From Eledone cirrhosa (taxonomy: Eukaryota), in contig OZ024743.1 in assembly GCA_964016885.1 (NCBI GenBank), positions 297,228,001 to 297,292,000 on the forward strand: 64,000 bases of DNA. Reading direction: 5' to 3'. The position numbers and the translations under genes are program-made. Below the pieces are notes generated by a model, which saw nothing but the letters and a program-made list of their open reading frames with translations, was not told where the DNA came from and did not search any database. Positions 11,956-23,900 of the stretch are shown one piece after another (position 1 is the stretch's first letter; the number at the start of each line of letters is the position of its first letter).

Positions 11956-13755
11956 ACCCAATTAAAAATGGACCCCCCCACCCCAATAAAAATTGGATCC
12001 CCCAAATATAAGACGGACCACCCAAATGAAAAATGGAACCCCAAATAAAAAAAGAGACACCCACCTAAATAAAAAATGGACTCCCGAACGCCCCAAATAA
12101 AAAACGGGTCCCCCCAAATAAAAAACCGAATCCTCCGAAATAAAAAACGGATCCCCCAAATAAAAAACGGATTCTCCCCAATAAAAAAAATGGATCCTTC
12201 CCGAATAAAAAAACGGAACACCCATAAATAAAAAGTGGAACCCCCAAAATAAAAAACGGACCCACCCCAAATAAAAAACGGATCCGCCCCACATAAAAAA
12301 ACGTACCCCCTCCCACCCGCGAAAATAAAAAAAACGGATTACCCAACATAAAAAACGCATCAAACCCAAATAAAAAACGGACCCTCCCGCCAAATAAAAA
12401 ACGGATCAAACCCAAATAAAAAACCGGATCCCTCCCGCCAAATAAAAAACGGATCCCTCCCCAATAAAAAATAGGATTCCCCCAATGAAAAACGGATCCT
12501 CCCAAATAAAAAACGGACACCCCCAAATAACCCCCCCCCCCCAATAACAAATGGATCATCCAAATAAAAACGGACACTCAAATAAAAAACGGATTACCCA
12601 ACATAAAAAACAGATTCCTCCAATAAAAAACAGAACCTCCCAAATAAAAAAACCGACTCCCCTCAAATAAAAAACGAATCCACCTCGAATAAAAAACGGA
12701 ATCCCCCAAATAAAAAAACGGACTCCCCCCAAATAAAAAACGAATCCACCCCGAATAAAAAGCGGAACCCCCCAAATAAAAAAACGGACTCCCCCCAAAT
12801 AAAAAACGAATCCACCCCGAATAAAAAACGGAACACCCCTAAATAAAAAACGGATACCCCAAATATAAAACGGATCCCCCCCCCCCCAAAACACTAATAC
12901 ACCCAATAAAAAACAGAATCCCACCAAATAAAAAACGGATCTAACCCAAATAAAAAACGGAACACCCAAATAAAAAACACATCCCCACGAAATAAAAAAC
13001 GGATTCCCCCCCAAATAAAAACGGACCCCGCAAATAAAAAACGGATCCTCCCCAATAAAAAACGGAACAACCCTAAATAAAAAGTGGAACCCCCAAATAA
13101 AAAACGTACCCCTCACCCGAAATTAAAAACTGGATTACCCAACATAAAAAACGCAGCAAACCCAAATAAAAAACGGATCTCCCCCCAATAAAAAACGGAT
13201 TCGCCCCAAATAAAAAACGTACCCCCCCTCCCCCGAAATAAAAAACGGATTACCCAACATAAAAAGTGGATCAAACCCAAATAAAAAACAGACCCTTCCC
13301 CAATAAAAAAAAAATTCCCCCCAATAAAAAACGGATTCCCCCAAATAAAAAATGGGCCACCCCAAATAAAAAACGGATCCTCCCCAATAAAAACGGATCC
13401 TCCAAATAAAAAACGGATCCCCCCAAATAAAAAACGGACCCCCCCCCTCCAATAAAAACAGATCCCTCTCAAATAAAAAACGGACCCGTCCAATAAAAAA
13501 CGGATCCCCCACAAATAAAAAAACATTTTCACCCCCAAATAAAAAAGGGATACCCCCAAATAAAAAACGGAACCCCCCATAATAAAAACAGACCCCCCCC
13601 CCCAAAAAAAAACAACAACGGACCCCCCCCCCCCCCCCCCCTCAAATAAATAACAGATCCCTCTCAAATAAAAAACGGACACCCTCCAATAAAAAATGGA
13701 TCCCCCCAATAAAAAACGGATCCCCCAAATAAAAAACAGATTCCCCCCAAATAAA
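11956..13755. repeat. Degenerate ~21-bp minisatellite (CCAAATAAAAAACGGATCCCC)n
   Basis: Core AATAAAAAACGGA reiterated over ~1.8 kb with variable C-tracts; the F/G/W-rich ORFs here are artefacts of the repeat. Confidence 0.95.
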
Positions 13756-14109
13756 AATAAATGAAATCTGAGTTTTTCGAATATTAATAGTAATATTCGA
13801 TTCGTTATGCAAATCTGGCTACTCAGCCAGTCTGCTAATATGCAAATCAGGCCGATCAGTCACTGTATATTTTAGAAAATATCATATATTTTCTCTAGCT
13901 CTGACAGTTGGCAGGTGAACAGTGAGCTGTACTGATGAAGGGTAATACCCAGAAACATTAGTATCTGCAGTTCTTTTTGCATGCCAACACAAGAGCAAGA
14001 ATGGGGAGCTCATTCTACTGACATGGCTTTAAAAATGAGGTTTGTTTGCATAATTGCAAACGAATCAAATATTATTATTAATATTAAAAAAACTCAGATT
14101 ACATTTATT
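13756..14109 (+). mobile_element. Non-autonomous TIR element with internal hammerhead-like motif
   Basis: TIRs of ~45 bp: AATAAATGAAATCTGAGTTTTTCGAATATTAATAGTAATATTCGATTCG / CGAATCAAATATTATTATTAATATTAAAAAAACTCAGATTACATTTATT. Confidence 0.75.
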
Positions 14110-14160
14110 GCATTCAGCCATGTAGAGCGAACATTTTAAAAATTATATGTATATGTATAT

Positions 14161-14570
14161 ATTGGGCTTGCAATCGAAAGGTTGTGATTTCAATTCTTGG
14201 ACTGGGTGATGTGTTGTTTCCTTGAGCAAGACACTTTATTTCACATTGCTCCAATTTACTCAGCTGTAGAAATGAGATGATAGGATTGGGGTCCCTATCA
14301 TTCTACTGCAAAGTGGTTGTGGAAGTGCCACGGCAAAAAAGCACCCAGCCCACACTGTAAAGTGGATGTGTAGGCGCCACGGAAAAAAAGCACCCAGCAC
14401 TCACGGTAAATGAGGTTGGTGTTAGGAAGGGCATCCAGCTGTAGAAATCAAGCCAGAATCAGTTCCCGTATGAGCAAGACAAGGTCAGCCGACCGGACAC
14501 TGCCAACAACAGGACAACCCATACTAACATGGAAGAACGGACGTAAAAACGGTGATGATGATGATGATGA
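14161..14570 (+). mobile_element. SINE family 2 (5' partly missing) with RTE-like tail
   Basis: CCTTGAGCAAGACACTTTATTTCACATTGCTCC domain, RTE tail and (ATG)n. Confidence 0.8.
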
Positions 14571-15243
14571 TATATACACTATGTTTGGGGACAGTTATTT
14601 GGGAGGGATTTAGTAAAACAATTAGCCTTTTCACCTTAAAATTAGTGTTTGAAATATAACTAACAAAATAGGATGGCAGGTTTAAAATTAGTCATGAACA
14701 CTTTAAAACAAACAGAACCACGTGTAGTTTCAGGCAGTTAGGTATCAAAAGAGTTATGGCAACGTTTGATCAGTGAAATTAACAGAACTACTGTATCTTG
14801 GTCAAATACCTTGAGACGTCCTTCAAGTACCAAGGACTTCATCACCTTGAAATATCTTTTACTGCCACTCAAAGAATGTGCTTGAGAGAATAATTAATGG
14901 GATAAATGGAAAGTTTTAGAATTAAGTAAAATGATGTTTAGAATAATATTTTCCTCATAACCCAGTTTTGTTACTTAAATGAATAAGAATATAACAAATG
15001 AAGAATATATAGTACCCAAAGATTTCCTTCAAAGAAAAATATTTTGATAGAAATGAAAGGTGGAAATGTAAGTTATTTATTGTGAAGCAGACAATTTGAT
15101 TAATTACACAGTAATTATCTAGGTATCAGAGTTAATAATAAGATTAGCAATATTTTGATAACATTTTTATAGAGTATATTCTAGTTCTTCAGTTTCTCTA
15201 CTGTGTCTATCATCATTTGTTGCAGTCGACTATAATCTGGATG

Positions 15244-15305
<62 letters not shown>

Positions 15306-17217
15306 TGTAAATATCTGAGATATATACTGAAAATATTTATGTGCATTAATCTATATTGTGTATTCATTCTATTAATAATAATTTACATTTAGAGTGATAA
15401 TATTGTATTAGTTTTCAGTGTCAATCTAAATTTATATCATTACTATTTTTAGTGGAAATGCTTCACTTTAATTACCTGACTAATGAAATAAAGTGTAGAC
15501 TGTATCTCACTTTTTAACTAAAATAATCCCATTTTGTTTGCTAAGACAAAGACAATGGAAGGTCTAAATATGATTTGGCGTAACAGTTTTTCGTTGATTT
15601 TACTATGTAACTGCTACTCAATAATCAAATCATATTGTTTAGCAGACACTCACCTCTTCACTCTATAACAATGTGGGGTAATAGGAGCGGAACTGGAATC
15701 TGTGAGAAAAATCAATACATACTGTTTTGACTAACAGTCTCCTCTTCTTATCGAAAACTGAAAACTACAAGAGAGAATTTGTATGGCTATTTATAGTAAT
15801 TCCACCATTCCCCCAAATCATAGACCAACTACACAGTAATTGAAACTATAATAAATCCAATTGTGTCAATGTTTAGATAAAAGAGAAAAATGACAAGGTA
15901 TAAAGAGGAAGGTGGGGAGGGGTGCAGGAGAATATCCAGAACATTCAGATGATGAATGAAAGAGAGAAAGAGAGATCTAAAGAGAAGATGGTGTAGTTAC
16001 TAGGCAGATGGAGTAAATAGTTGTAGATATATATTCAATGGCCACAAAGAAAGGGGAAATTAAACCTATGCTGTTATAGAAATGGCTTCATCTTGGAAAA
16101 AAATCCATTTCAATGGATTTTTCCTTGCTCTATTAGGCCCGCTCTAATTCATATAACTACCTTTTTTAGTCAATGAAAGAGTATTAATTCAGTCACAGCA
16201 TAAAATAAATTTTCTTTCTATCTTCCTTTCATTTTGTTTTTGTTATTATTGTCTCCAGAGTTCCTTTAAATAATTTCCAGTTAATATTTCAAAAGTATTT
16301 TGACCTCAATGAGAGAAATGCCCCACCTTGTAAACTCCTATGTTTACCATCATATTTAACATATAGTAACGATCTCTATGATGGAGATAACAGAGAGTGA
16401 GTGAGTTAAGTGTGTCTGTGTATTTAGCTATATTTGCTTCAGTTTTCAGTTTCACAAATAAAGACCAGAACCCATTACCCTTCCCCTTCCTCCTCCCATC
16501 CTTCTGTGACACTAGAGCGCTCGCTTTTCCATTCCTTTTTCGTTTTTTTATATTTCCTTATTTTACATTCCATTTTTTCTTCTCAATCTATTTTTTTCTT
16601 TTTCTATTAAATTGTTTTTACAATTATAAACATTAATTTACTACTGTAAATAAACACTTTTTTTTATATTTGTTATTATTATCCATGTATATATATACAT
16701 AAACCATGTGTATCCGGTTTAGAATAGGTACAACTTATCCTTACATAATTTAAGAAGTGACTAAAAGGGTTGGTGACAGGAAGGGCATCCCACAGTAAAA
16801 CATTGCCTTAAAAAGTTCTGTTTAACCAACAACAACATGGAACAGTTGACATATAAACAATGATAATGATGATATATATATAGAGAGAGAGACTCATATA
16901 TATATATAGAACAGAAACAAGATTAGTCAGTCTAGCCTGTCTGGTCTTCGACTGTGACAACCCATCCAACCCATGCTAGTGTGGAAAGACGATGTAAAAT
17001 GATGATGACAGACTAAGGGCACACAAATACATGCAAGAATCCATTAAAACAAAGGAACACTGCACACAGACACACACACAAATCAAACATTCAAGCTACA
17101 CATATACACACAAATAAAAATGTGCGTTCGGCAGTATCATTTTGTTTATGCATAAGATGGACATTAAAATATTGATGATATATATATATATATCACAAAA
17201 GTAACTTTCGAACGGAA

Positions 17218-17875
17218 TTGCCTGTTAGACTAATCGCCCCCTCTAAATCAGATCTGGGGGTTGTTAGTAAATCCATCTTGGATAGAATTATCCCACAGGT
17301 TCGTTCTAATTGCTCTATTTCTAACTTAAATTTATGGATTGGTACATCTGATGTAATTAACTGGTTCAATGACCTGAATAATAAAAAGAAACAAAAATTT
17401 ATTCAGTTTGGCATTGCCAGTTACTATTCTTCTATTTTGCCTTCACTCCTCAACAACGCTCTATCTTTCGCATTTAAATATTCTGACATTACCACAGATG
17501 AACTTTACATCATTCTCACCGCAAGAAAAACTATCCTGGAATTCAACAACGAATATTGGACTAGAGCTGATACTTCCAACAATTTTGATATCACAATGGG
17601 TTCGTCGGATTCAGCGCAATTGACGGACTTGATTGGTATCTTTATTTTGAATTCTTTAAATCGGAAAACTCCTCAACCTCGTGGTGGAATTTATCGTGAC
17701 GATACCCTTTTTACTGTCTTAAACTGTAATTTAATATTATTAAGAATAATATACTTGATCTATTTAAGCACCATAACCTAAAAATTGAATTTGAAAACAA
17801 CGTCAAACTAGCTACCTTCCTGGATATATCCCTTAATCTTGACACCGGCCTATATTACCCTTACCATAAAGACAA
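17218..17875 (+). pseudogene. Penelope-type reverse transcriptase fragment (frameshifted)
   Basis: RLIAPSKSDLGVVSK...FIQFGIASYYSSI...DITMGSSDSAQLTDLIG...GGIYRDD; continues in another frame as FLDISLNLDTGLYYPYHK. Confidence 0.85.
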
Positions 17876-17966
17876 TGAGCGTCATAATAATAGCAATAGT
17901 AAACCCGACGTCAATGTTAACTCTAGGCTAGATTCCGTAAATTTAAATACGACGTCAAACGTAACT

Positions 17967-18530
17967 TTGTCGAATGTTCATAACACCAATCTAAATCAGG
18001 AAACTTTAGCACCTATCGTAAATAACTTCTCCAATCCAATTCCTTCTATAAATAATACTAGGTCACTTGTTAATAACTCTGGTAATTTCTCTAATCGTAA
18101 TTGTAATTGCCCTGTTAGAACTAAATCTCCTCTTAGTAACCAATGTCTTGATAAACATTTAGTGTATGAATGTAAGGTTATAACTGGTACTAATTCTTTT
18201 ACCTATTTTGGTTCCACTTCCACTTCCTTTAAAGCAAGATTTTATAATCACAATTCGTCTTTTAAATACCAACTCAAAAGAACTAACACGGCACTCTCAG
18301 AACTCATATGGTCCTTAAAGGACAAAAATATTAACTACAACATTTCTTGGAGGAAGGTTTGCAACACCTCTCCTTACCGGAATTCTTCCCTATCCAGAAC
18401 ATGTAATCTCTGCCTAGCCGAGAAATGTACCATTATCTCTAATTTTAATTCTATAATAAATAGACGTACGGATTTATTTTCGCTCTGCTTGCATAAATCC
18501 CATAGAACTTTCCATAAAGTATACAGCTAA
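17967..18530 (+). pseudogene. Penelope GIY-YIG endonuclease domain
   Basis: CNC...QCL...LVYECKV...TYFGSTSTSFKARFYNH...TALSELIW...CNLCLAEK. Confidence 0.85.
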
Positions 18531-19534
18531 TATCTTACTACCTAATTAGTTTAAAATCTTTTCTCAAACGCTTTTATATCTTTTACAAATATACCCATCT
18601 TTCTACCTTATTTCAGTATATTATATTATACAGTTTACTCATTCTATGTCGTTAGCGGTCCTCTATTTTTCTTCTTCTATGTCCTTTTTTTTTTTAATCC
18701 TTTTTTCTTTTTTAATTTCTAATCTTTAATCTGCAACTTTTACTTCTCAATTACTTCTTAATTCATATTATAACTCACTATAGCATTTTCTTTATATTCT
18801 TGGCCATACAAATTTTATTTTTAATATATACTAATATTACCATTAGTAAATTTTGTAAACATATATATATATTTTTTTTAAAATTATATATTTTTTCCTC
18901 CATGAATTTTCTTCTTTCTTCTCTCCTTCCGTGCTTGTATTAAACCTATTATTTACTTTTTCCTATTACAATACATAGAAACAAACTTGGACCCTAACTA
19001 ATTCCTCTAAGTTCATAATTTATTTAACCTTTTCTTCATTCACCTTATCTCCTAAATATTTTTTTTATTTTAATAATACATTTTAATAAATTCCTTTTCG
19101 CACATATTATTAAACCCTCCAATATAATAAATACTATTCTTAATTCCTTTTTCTTTAATCATAAACATCACCATTCATAAACCTCATTAACTTTTAATTT
19201 CAAATTTTTTTTAAATTATGTATTATCTTACAACGGTTTTTTTAAATTTCTCTCTGTGAGACAGTGTTTCTCAGTATTAAAGGTTATCTCTCTCTCTCTC
19301 TCACTCATTTCTCCTCCTCTCTCATCGTTCTTTCTTATACTCCTCCTCCGCCATCCTTTCCTTATTATTATATATTTTTTCTTATTATTTTCTTTCTTCC
19401 TCTTCCTTACCTTTTCCTTCCCCCTTCCTTCTTTTTTTCCCAATCTCATATATCCATCTTATTTTATTTTTCATATGTTGATTTAACACTTCACTGCTCG
19501 CAAGTGTTTTTTAAGCTTCATATCATGTCTCCCT

Positions 19535-19601
19535 ATTTTCTGATGAGAACGCAAATATCATCCCATGATGATATTTGTTTTTGAAATGCGCATAATAAAA
19601 T
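19535..19601 (+). ncRNA. Type I hammerhead of the Penelope pLTR
   Basis: CTGATGA (19540) - hairpin GCAAATATCATC/GATGATATTTGT - GAAA - palindromic ATGCGCAT - A; stem I weak; AATAAA overlaps the 3' end. Confidence 0.75.
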
Positions 19602-19651
19602 CCATGGAACTCTTTTAACCATCTTTTGATCTTATATTATATATATATATA

Positions 19652-20947
19652 TCATCATCATCATCATCATCATTTTATGTCCGCTTTTCCCTGCTTGCAA
19701 GGGTGGGACGGGTCTTATTCAGCACAGCATCTCTCCACTCGTCATGGTCCTTCGTCATCTCCACCGTGAGCTTCAATGATCTGAGGTCTGTTCTCACCAC
19801 CTCCACCCATGTTTTTCGTGGTCTACCTCTACCACGTCTTCCTTCAACTGGCATTTCCTGGCACTTCTTCACCCATCGGTCACCCTCCATGCGCATCACA
19901 TGTCCATACCACCTCAGTCTCCTCTCCCGTACACTACATTCTATCCCTCTCAGACACAGTTTCTCTCTCAACACATTTATGCTGGGTCGTTCACGCACAT
20001 TTACACTGCACATCCAACGGAGTATGCTTGCCTCATTTCTCTCCAGCCGTCGCATATCCTCTGCAGTTGCTGCCCATGTCTCACTACCATGCAGCATCGC
20101 GCTCCTCACACAGACATCATACAACCGGCCTTTCGTACGCAGGGAGAAACCCTTCTTCGTCAACAGAGGAAGCAGCTCCCTAAACTTCTTCCAACCCGTC
20201 CTTATTCTAGATACTATGGCCTCGGAACACCCTCCTCCCATGCTAATCTGATCTCCTAGATACCGGAAGCTATCCACCACTTCTATAGCGCCCTCCTGCA
20301 TTTGAAAAATGTGTCTATCAATGCAACTTCTACTGTTTAATTTCCCTGTACATCTACTGCATACATATTTCTCCCTATCTGTTAGTTTGCCTGCTATCCC
20401 GCTACATCTCTTGTGTACCCAGGATCTGCGTTGTGTGCATTTTATAGAATTTATGCCAGTTCCTTTTCTGCATATCGAACATGGCCATTTCCCTGACGGA
20501 ATCAGAGTTTTGTCCTCTTTTCTACTCATCAACACTTTTGTCTTAGCTAGGTTCACTCTCAGTCCTCTTGCTTCCAACTGCTGTTTCCATAGCCAGAATT
20601 TATTCTCTAGCTCCTCTACTGATTCTGCTATAAGAACCAGATCGTCAGCATAGAGAAGTTCCCATGGACAGCCAGTCTTAAACTCCTCTGTTATGGCTTG
20701 GAGGACTATAATGAACAAGAGCGGGCTGAGGACCGAACCCTGATGTACTCCTACTTGTATCTGGAATTCCTCACTAAACTCCATTCCTACCCTGACTTTA
20801 CTGAGAGTACCTCTGTACAAAGTTTGCACTGTCCTCACAAGCCATTCCTCAACACCTAGCTTCCTTAGGGACCACCAGATGACAGATCGGGGTACCCTAT
20901 CAAAGGCCTTCTCTAGATCAACAAAGGCTAAGTATAGTGGCTTATTT
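19652..20947 (-). mobile_element. 5'-truncated RTE LINE (family A) with open RT C-terminal half (ORF 19675-20838)
   Basis: GVHQGSVLSPLLF, LLYADD, PHD-like Cys cluster, RRLRWYGHV; (ATG)n tail. Confidence 0.93.
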
Positions 20948-20953
20948 TTATAT

Positions 20954-20994
<41 letters not shown>

Positions 20995-20997
<3 letters not shown>

Positions 20998-23900
20998 TCA
21001 TCATCATCATCATCATCAGGTTTAGCGTCCGTGTTCCACGCTTGCATGGGTTTGGACGGGGGTTTTCCCACTTGAGGCAAGAGTGGTTGTCTTGCTAGCA
21101 TAGGACTGTCTGGCGGGTTTTCTATAGTTGGATGCCCTTCCTAACACCAACCACATTTACAGTGTGGGGCTGGGAGGTTTTTACCGTGTTGCCTACACGG
21201 CCACATTACAGCGTGGACTGTCTGGCGGGTTTTCTACAGCTGGATGCCCTTCCTAACACCAACCACATTTACAGTGTGGGGCTGGGAGGTTTTTACCGTG
21301 TTACCTACACGGCCACATTTACAGCGTGGACTGTGTTTTTTTGTCGTGACACCTACACGATCTCATTTGTTTCGGCCTGGATGTTGTGGGACCAACATAA
21401 CTGTACATTGAAAGGGGCGGTGTGGATGGGGTGGAGGTGGTGGGACGGGGGGGTGTTTTGATAGAGATGCCTACTGACTGTAGTAGGTTTTTACTTTGTA
21501 TTTAGGTAAGGCGGGTCTTCTCTATTACTGAGTACCGCCAAAGGTCTCGGTCCAGTGACATTGTCTTGGAGAGGTGTAAGCGTGTGAGGTCGGAATTTAT
21601 CAGCTCGTCCCATGTTTTTCTGGGTCTGCCTACTCCGTGGCTACCGTCTATCTTTATTGCCCTGCACTTTGTTATACAGCTGTCGTCTTTCATGCGCATC
21701 ACGTGACCGTACCAACGTAGCCTTCTCTCGAGTAAACAACATCTGATCCCTCTTATTTCTAATTTTTTCTTTAGTTCGTTTATGCTTTGCCGTTCACGTA
21801 TATTACTATTGCACATCCAGCGGAGCATGCAAGCTTCGTTCCTCTCTAGTCTGCGTATATCCTCTGCACACAATGCCCAGGTCTCACTGCCATGCAGCAT
21901 TGCTGTTCGTATGCAGGCATCGTATAACCTGCCTTTCATTTTTAGGGAGAACCCTCTAGCGGCTAATAGTGGTATAAGCTCTCTGAACTTTTTCCATCCA
22001 GTTCTGACTCTAGCTACTGTACTTTCAGAGCACCCTCCCCCACTGCTGATTTTGTCACCCAGGTAACGGAAGCTGTCCACTATTTCTATAGAACCCTCTG
22101 CGCAGTTGAAGGAGCTAGTATTTTGTGGGCGCTTGCTGCTACTTATTGCACCAGAGCACCGGTCACATGTAAAATCTATGTTCTTAGTTAGCTTACCTGT
22201 GATCCCACTACATCTTTTATGCACCCATACTCTGCATTTGGGACATAAAATGGAGTTTCTACCTACGCCTTTCCTACACACTGAGCATGGCCATTTCCCA
22301 GATGGGACTGCCGCCATATTTTCTTTCCTACAAACTAGAACTTTTGTCTTAGCCAGGTTAATTTTAAGTCCTTTTGATTCTAGGCCGTGCTTCCATGTTT
22401 GGAATTTCTTCTCTAGTTCGGTCATTGATTCGGCTATGAGCGTTAGATCATCTGCGTATAGGAGTTCCCATGGGCAGCCGGTCTTGAACTCCTCTGTTAT
22501 AGCCTGAAGGGCAATAATAAATAGTAGGGGGCTAAGAACAGAGCCCTGATGGACACCAACTTTTACGCTAAACTCTTCACTATATTCGTTGTTAATTCTA
22601 ACCTTACTGACTGTTTCTTTATACATGGCTTGTATAGCTCTCACAAGCCATTCGTCAACACCTAGTTTTCTAAGAGACCACCAGATAATGGAACGGGGGA
22701 CTCTGTCGAAGGCTTTCTCCAAGTCGACGAAAGCTAAGTATAGGGGTTTACTTTTAGCTAGGTACTTCTCCTGTAGTTGTCGTACAATGAAAAGAGCGTC
22801 TGTGGTACTTTTGCCTGACACAAACCCGAACTGCATTTCATCTAGATCAATTCTCTCTCTGATTAGTTGCGCTATTACTTTTTCCGTGACCTTCATGACC
22901 TGGTCGATTAATTTAATGCCTCTATAGTTACTCCTATCTAGGGCATCTCCTTTTCCCTTATAGCAGTTAACGATGATGCTGCTACGCCAGTCCTTCGGAA
23001 CAACCCCATTCTGTACGACTTGGTTAACTATCCGGGTGACCATGGTGTGTCCCACCGAACCAGATGCCTTCAGCATCTCAGCAACTATTTCCGAAGGACC
23101 AGCCGCCTTACCCGTCTTCATATCTTTGATTGCCTTGCTTATTGTACTACCCTGGACTAACACTGCTGGTCCCTCTATTGGGTCGATGTGGGGGAGACTG
23201 TCTTTCTCCCATTTGTTCTCCTCATTTAGAAGCCTTTCGTAGTGACACTTCCAAGCTACCTTCTTATCAGCGTCGGTGATGGCAAGTATGCCATCATCGT
23301 TACGCACACACTTCTCCCCGACAATATCACGGTTTTCCTTGACACATTGCCTGGCAATCCTGAACACCTCACGTTTTTGGTCCTCACGTTGTAGAACATG
23401 CTTGAACTTTCTTTCCTCTGCTTCCCTTCTTGCGAAGTACACTTGTCTCCTAGCTTCCCTCCTGGCTACCTGATAGTCTTCTCTACTTCCCCCATCCCGC
23501 CATGCTTTCCAAGCCTGCTTTTTGGCCTTAATTGACTCCTCCACCTTACTGTTCCACCACCATGTTACTCTCCTCCTACCTACAGGCCTGCTCCAGCCAC
23601 AGACTTCGTCTGCCGCCGTCAGCAGGTTTGCTCTCAGGAATTCCCACTGTTCCTCTATATTATATGACTCTAATTGCTCTTCCTTACTGTCGAAAGCGTC
23701 AAGTAATATGCTTTGAAATTTATTTCTGGCTATGGGGTCCTTTAGCTTCCATATTTTTCTCCTGAGGATAGTCCTCTTCCGCTGTCTAGTACGTCTCGTC
23801 CTGACTATGAGGTCGCTAATTATCAGTCTATGTTGGGAGGTGAATTCTTCATGGGGGAGGGATTTAGTGTTAACAACAGACACTCTGTCACGTCTTCTGG

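Larger units (their letters stand above)
17194..19635 (+). mobile_element. Decayed Penelope-like element (RT - GIY-YIG - long AT-rich 3' UTR - hammerhead), possibly Hydra clade
   Basis: RT remnant, GIY-YIG remnant and 3' HHR + AATAAA in canonical PLE order; flanked by (TA)n. Clade assignment is from recall only. Confidence 0.85.

Noticed and set aside
11913-13709. Many F/G/W-rich ORFs
   Set aside because: Translations of the 21-bp satellite, open in several frames.
21782-23765. Plus-strand ORFs overlapping RTE copy 1 (and equivalents at other RTE copies)
   Set aside because: Antisense shadows of the RTE ORF, fragmented and without motifs.
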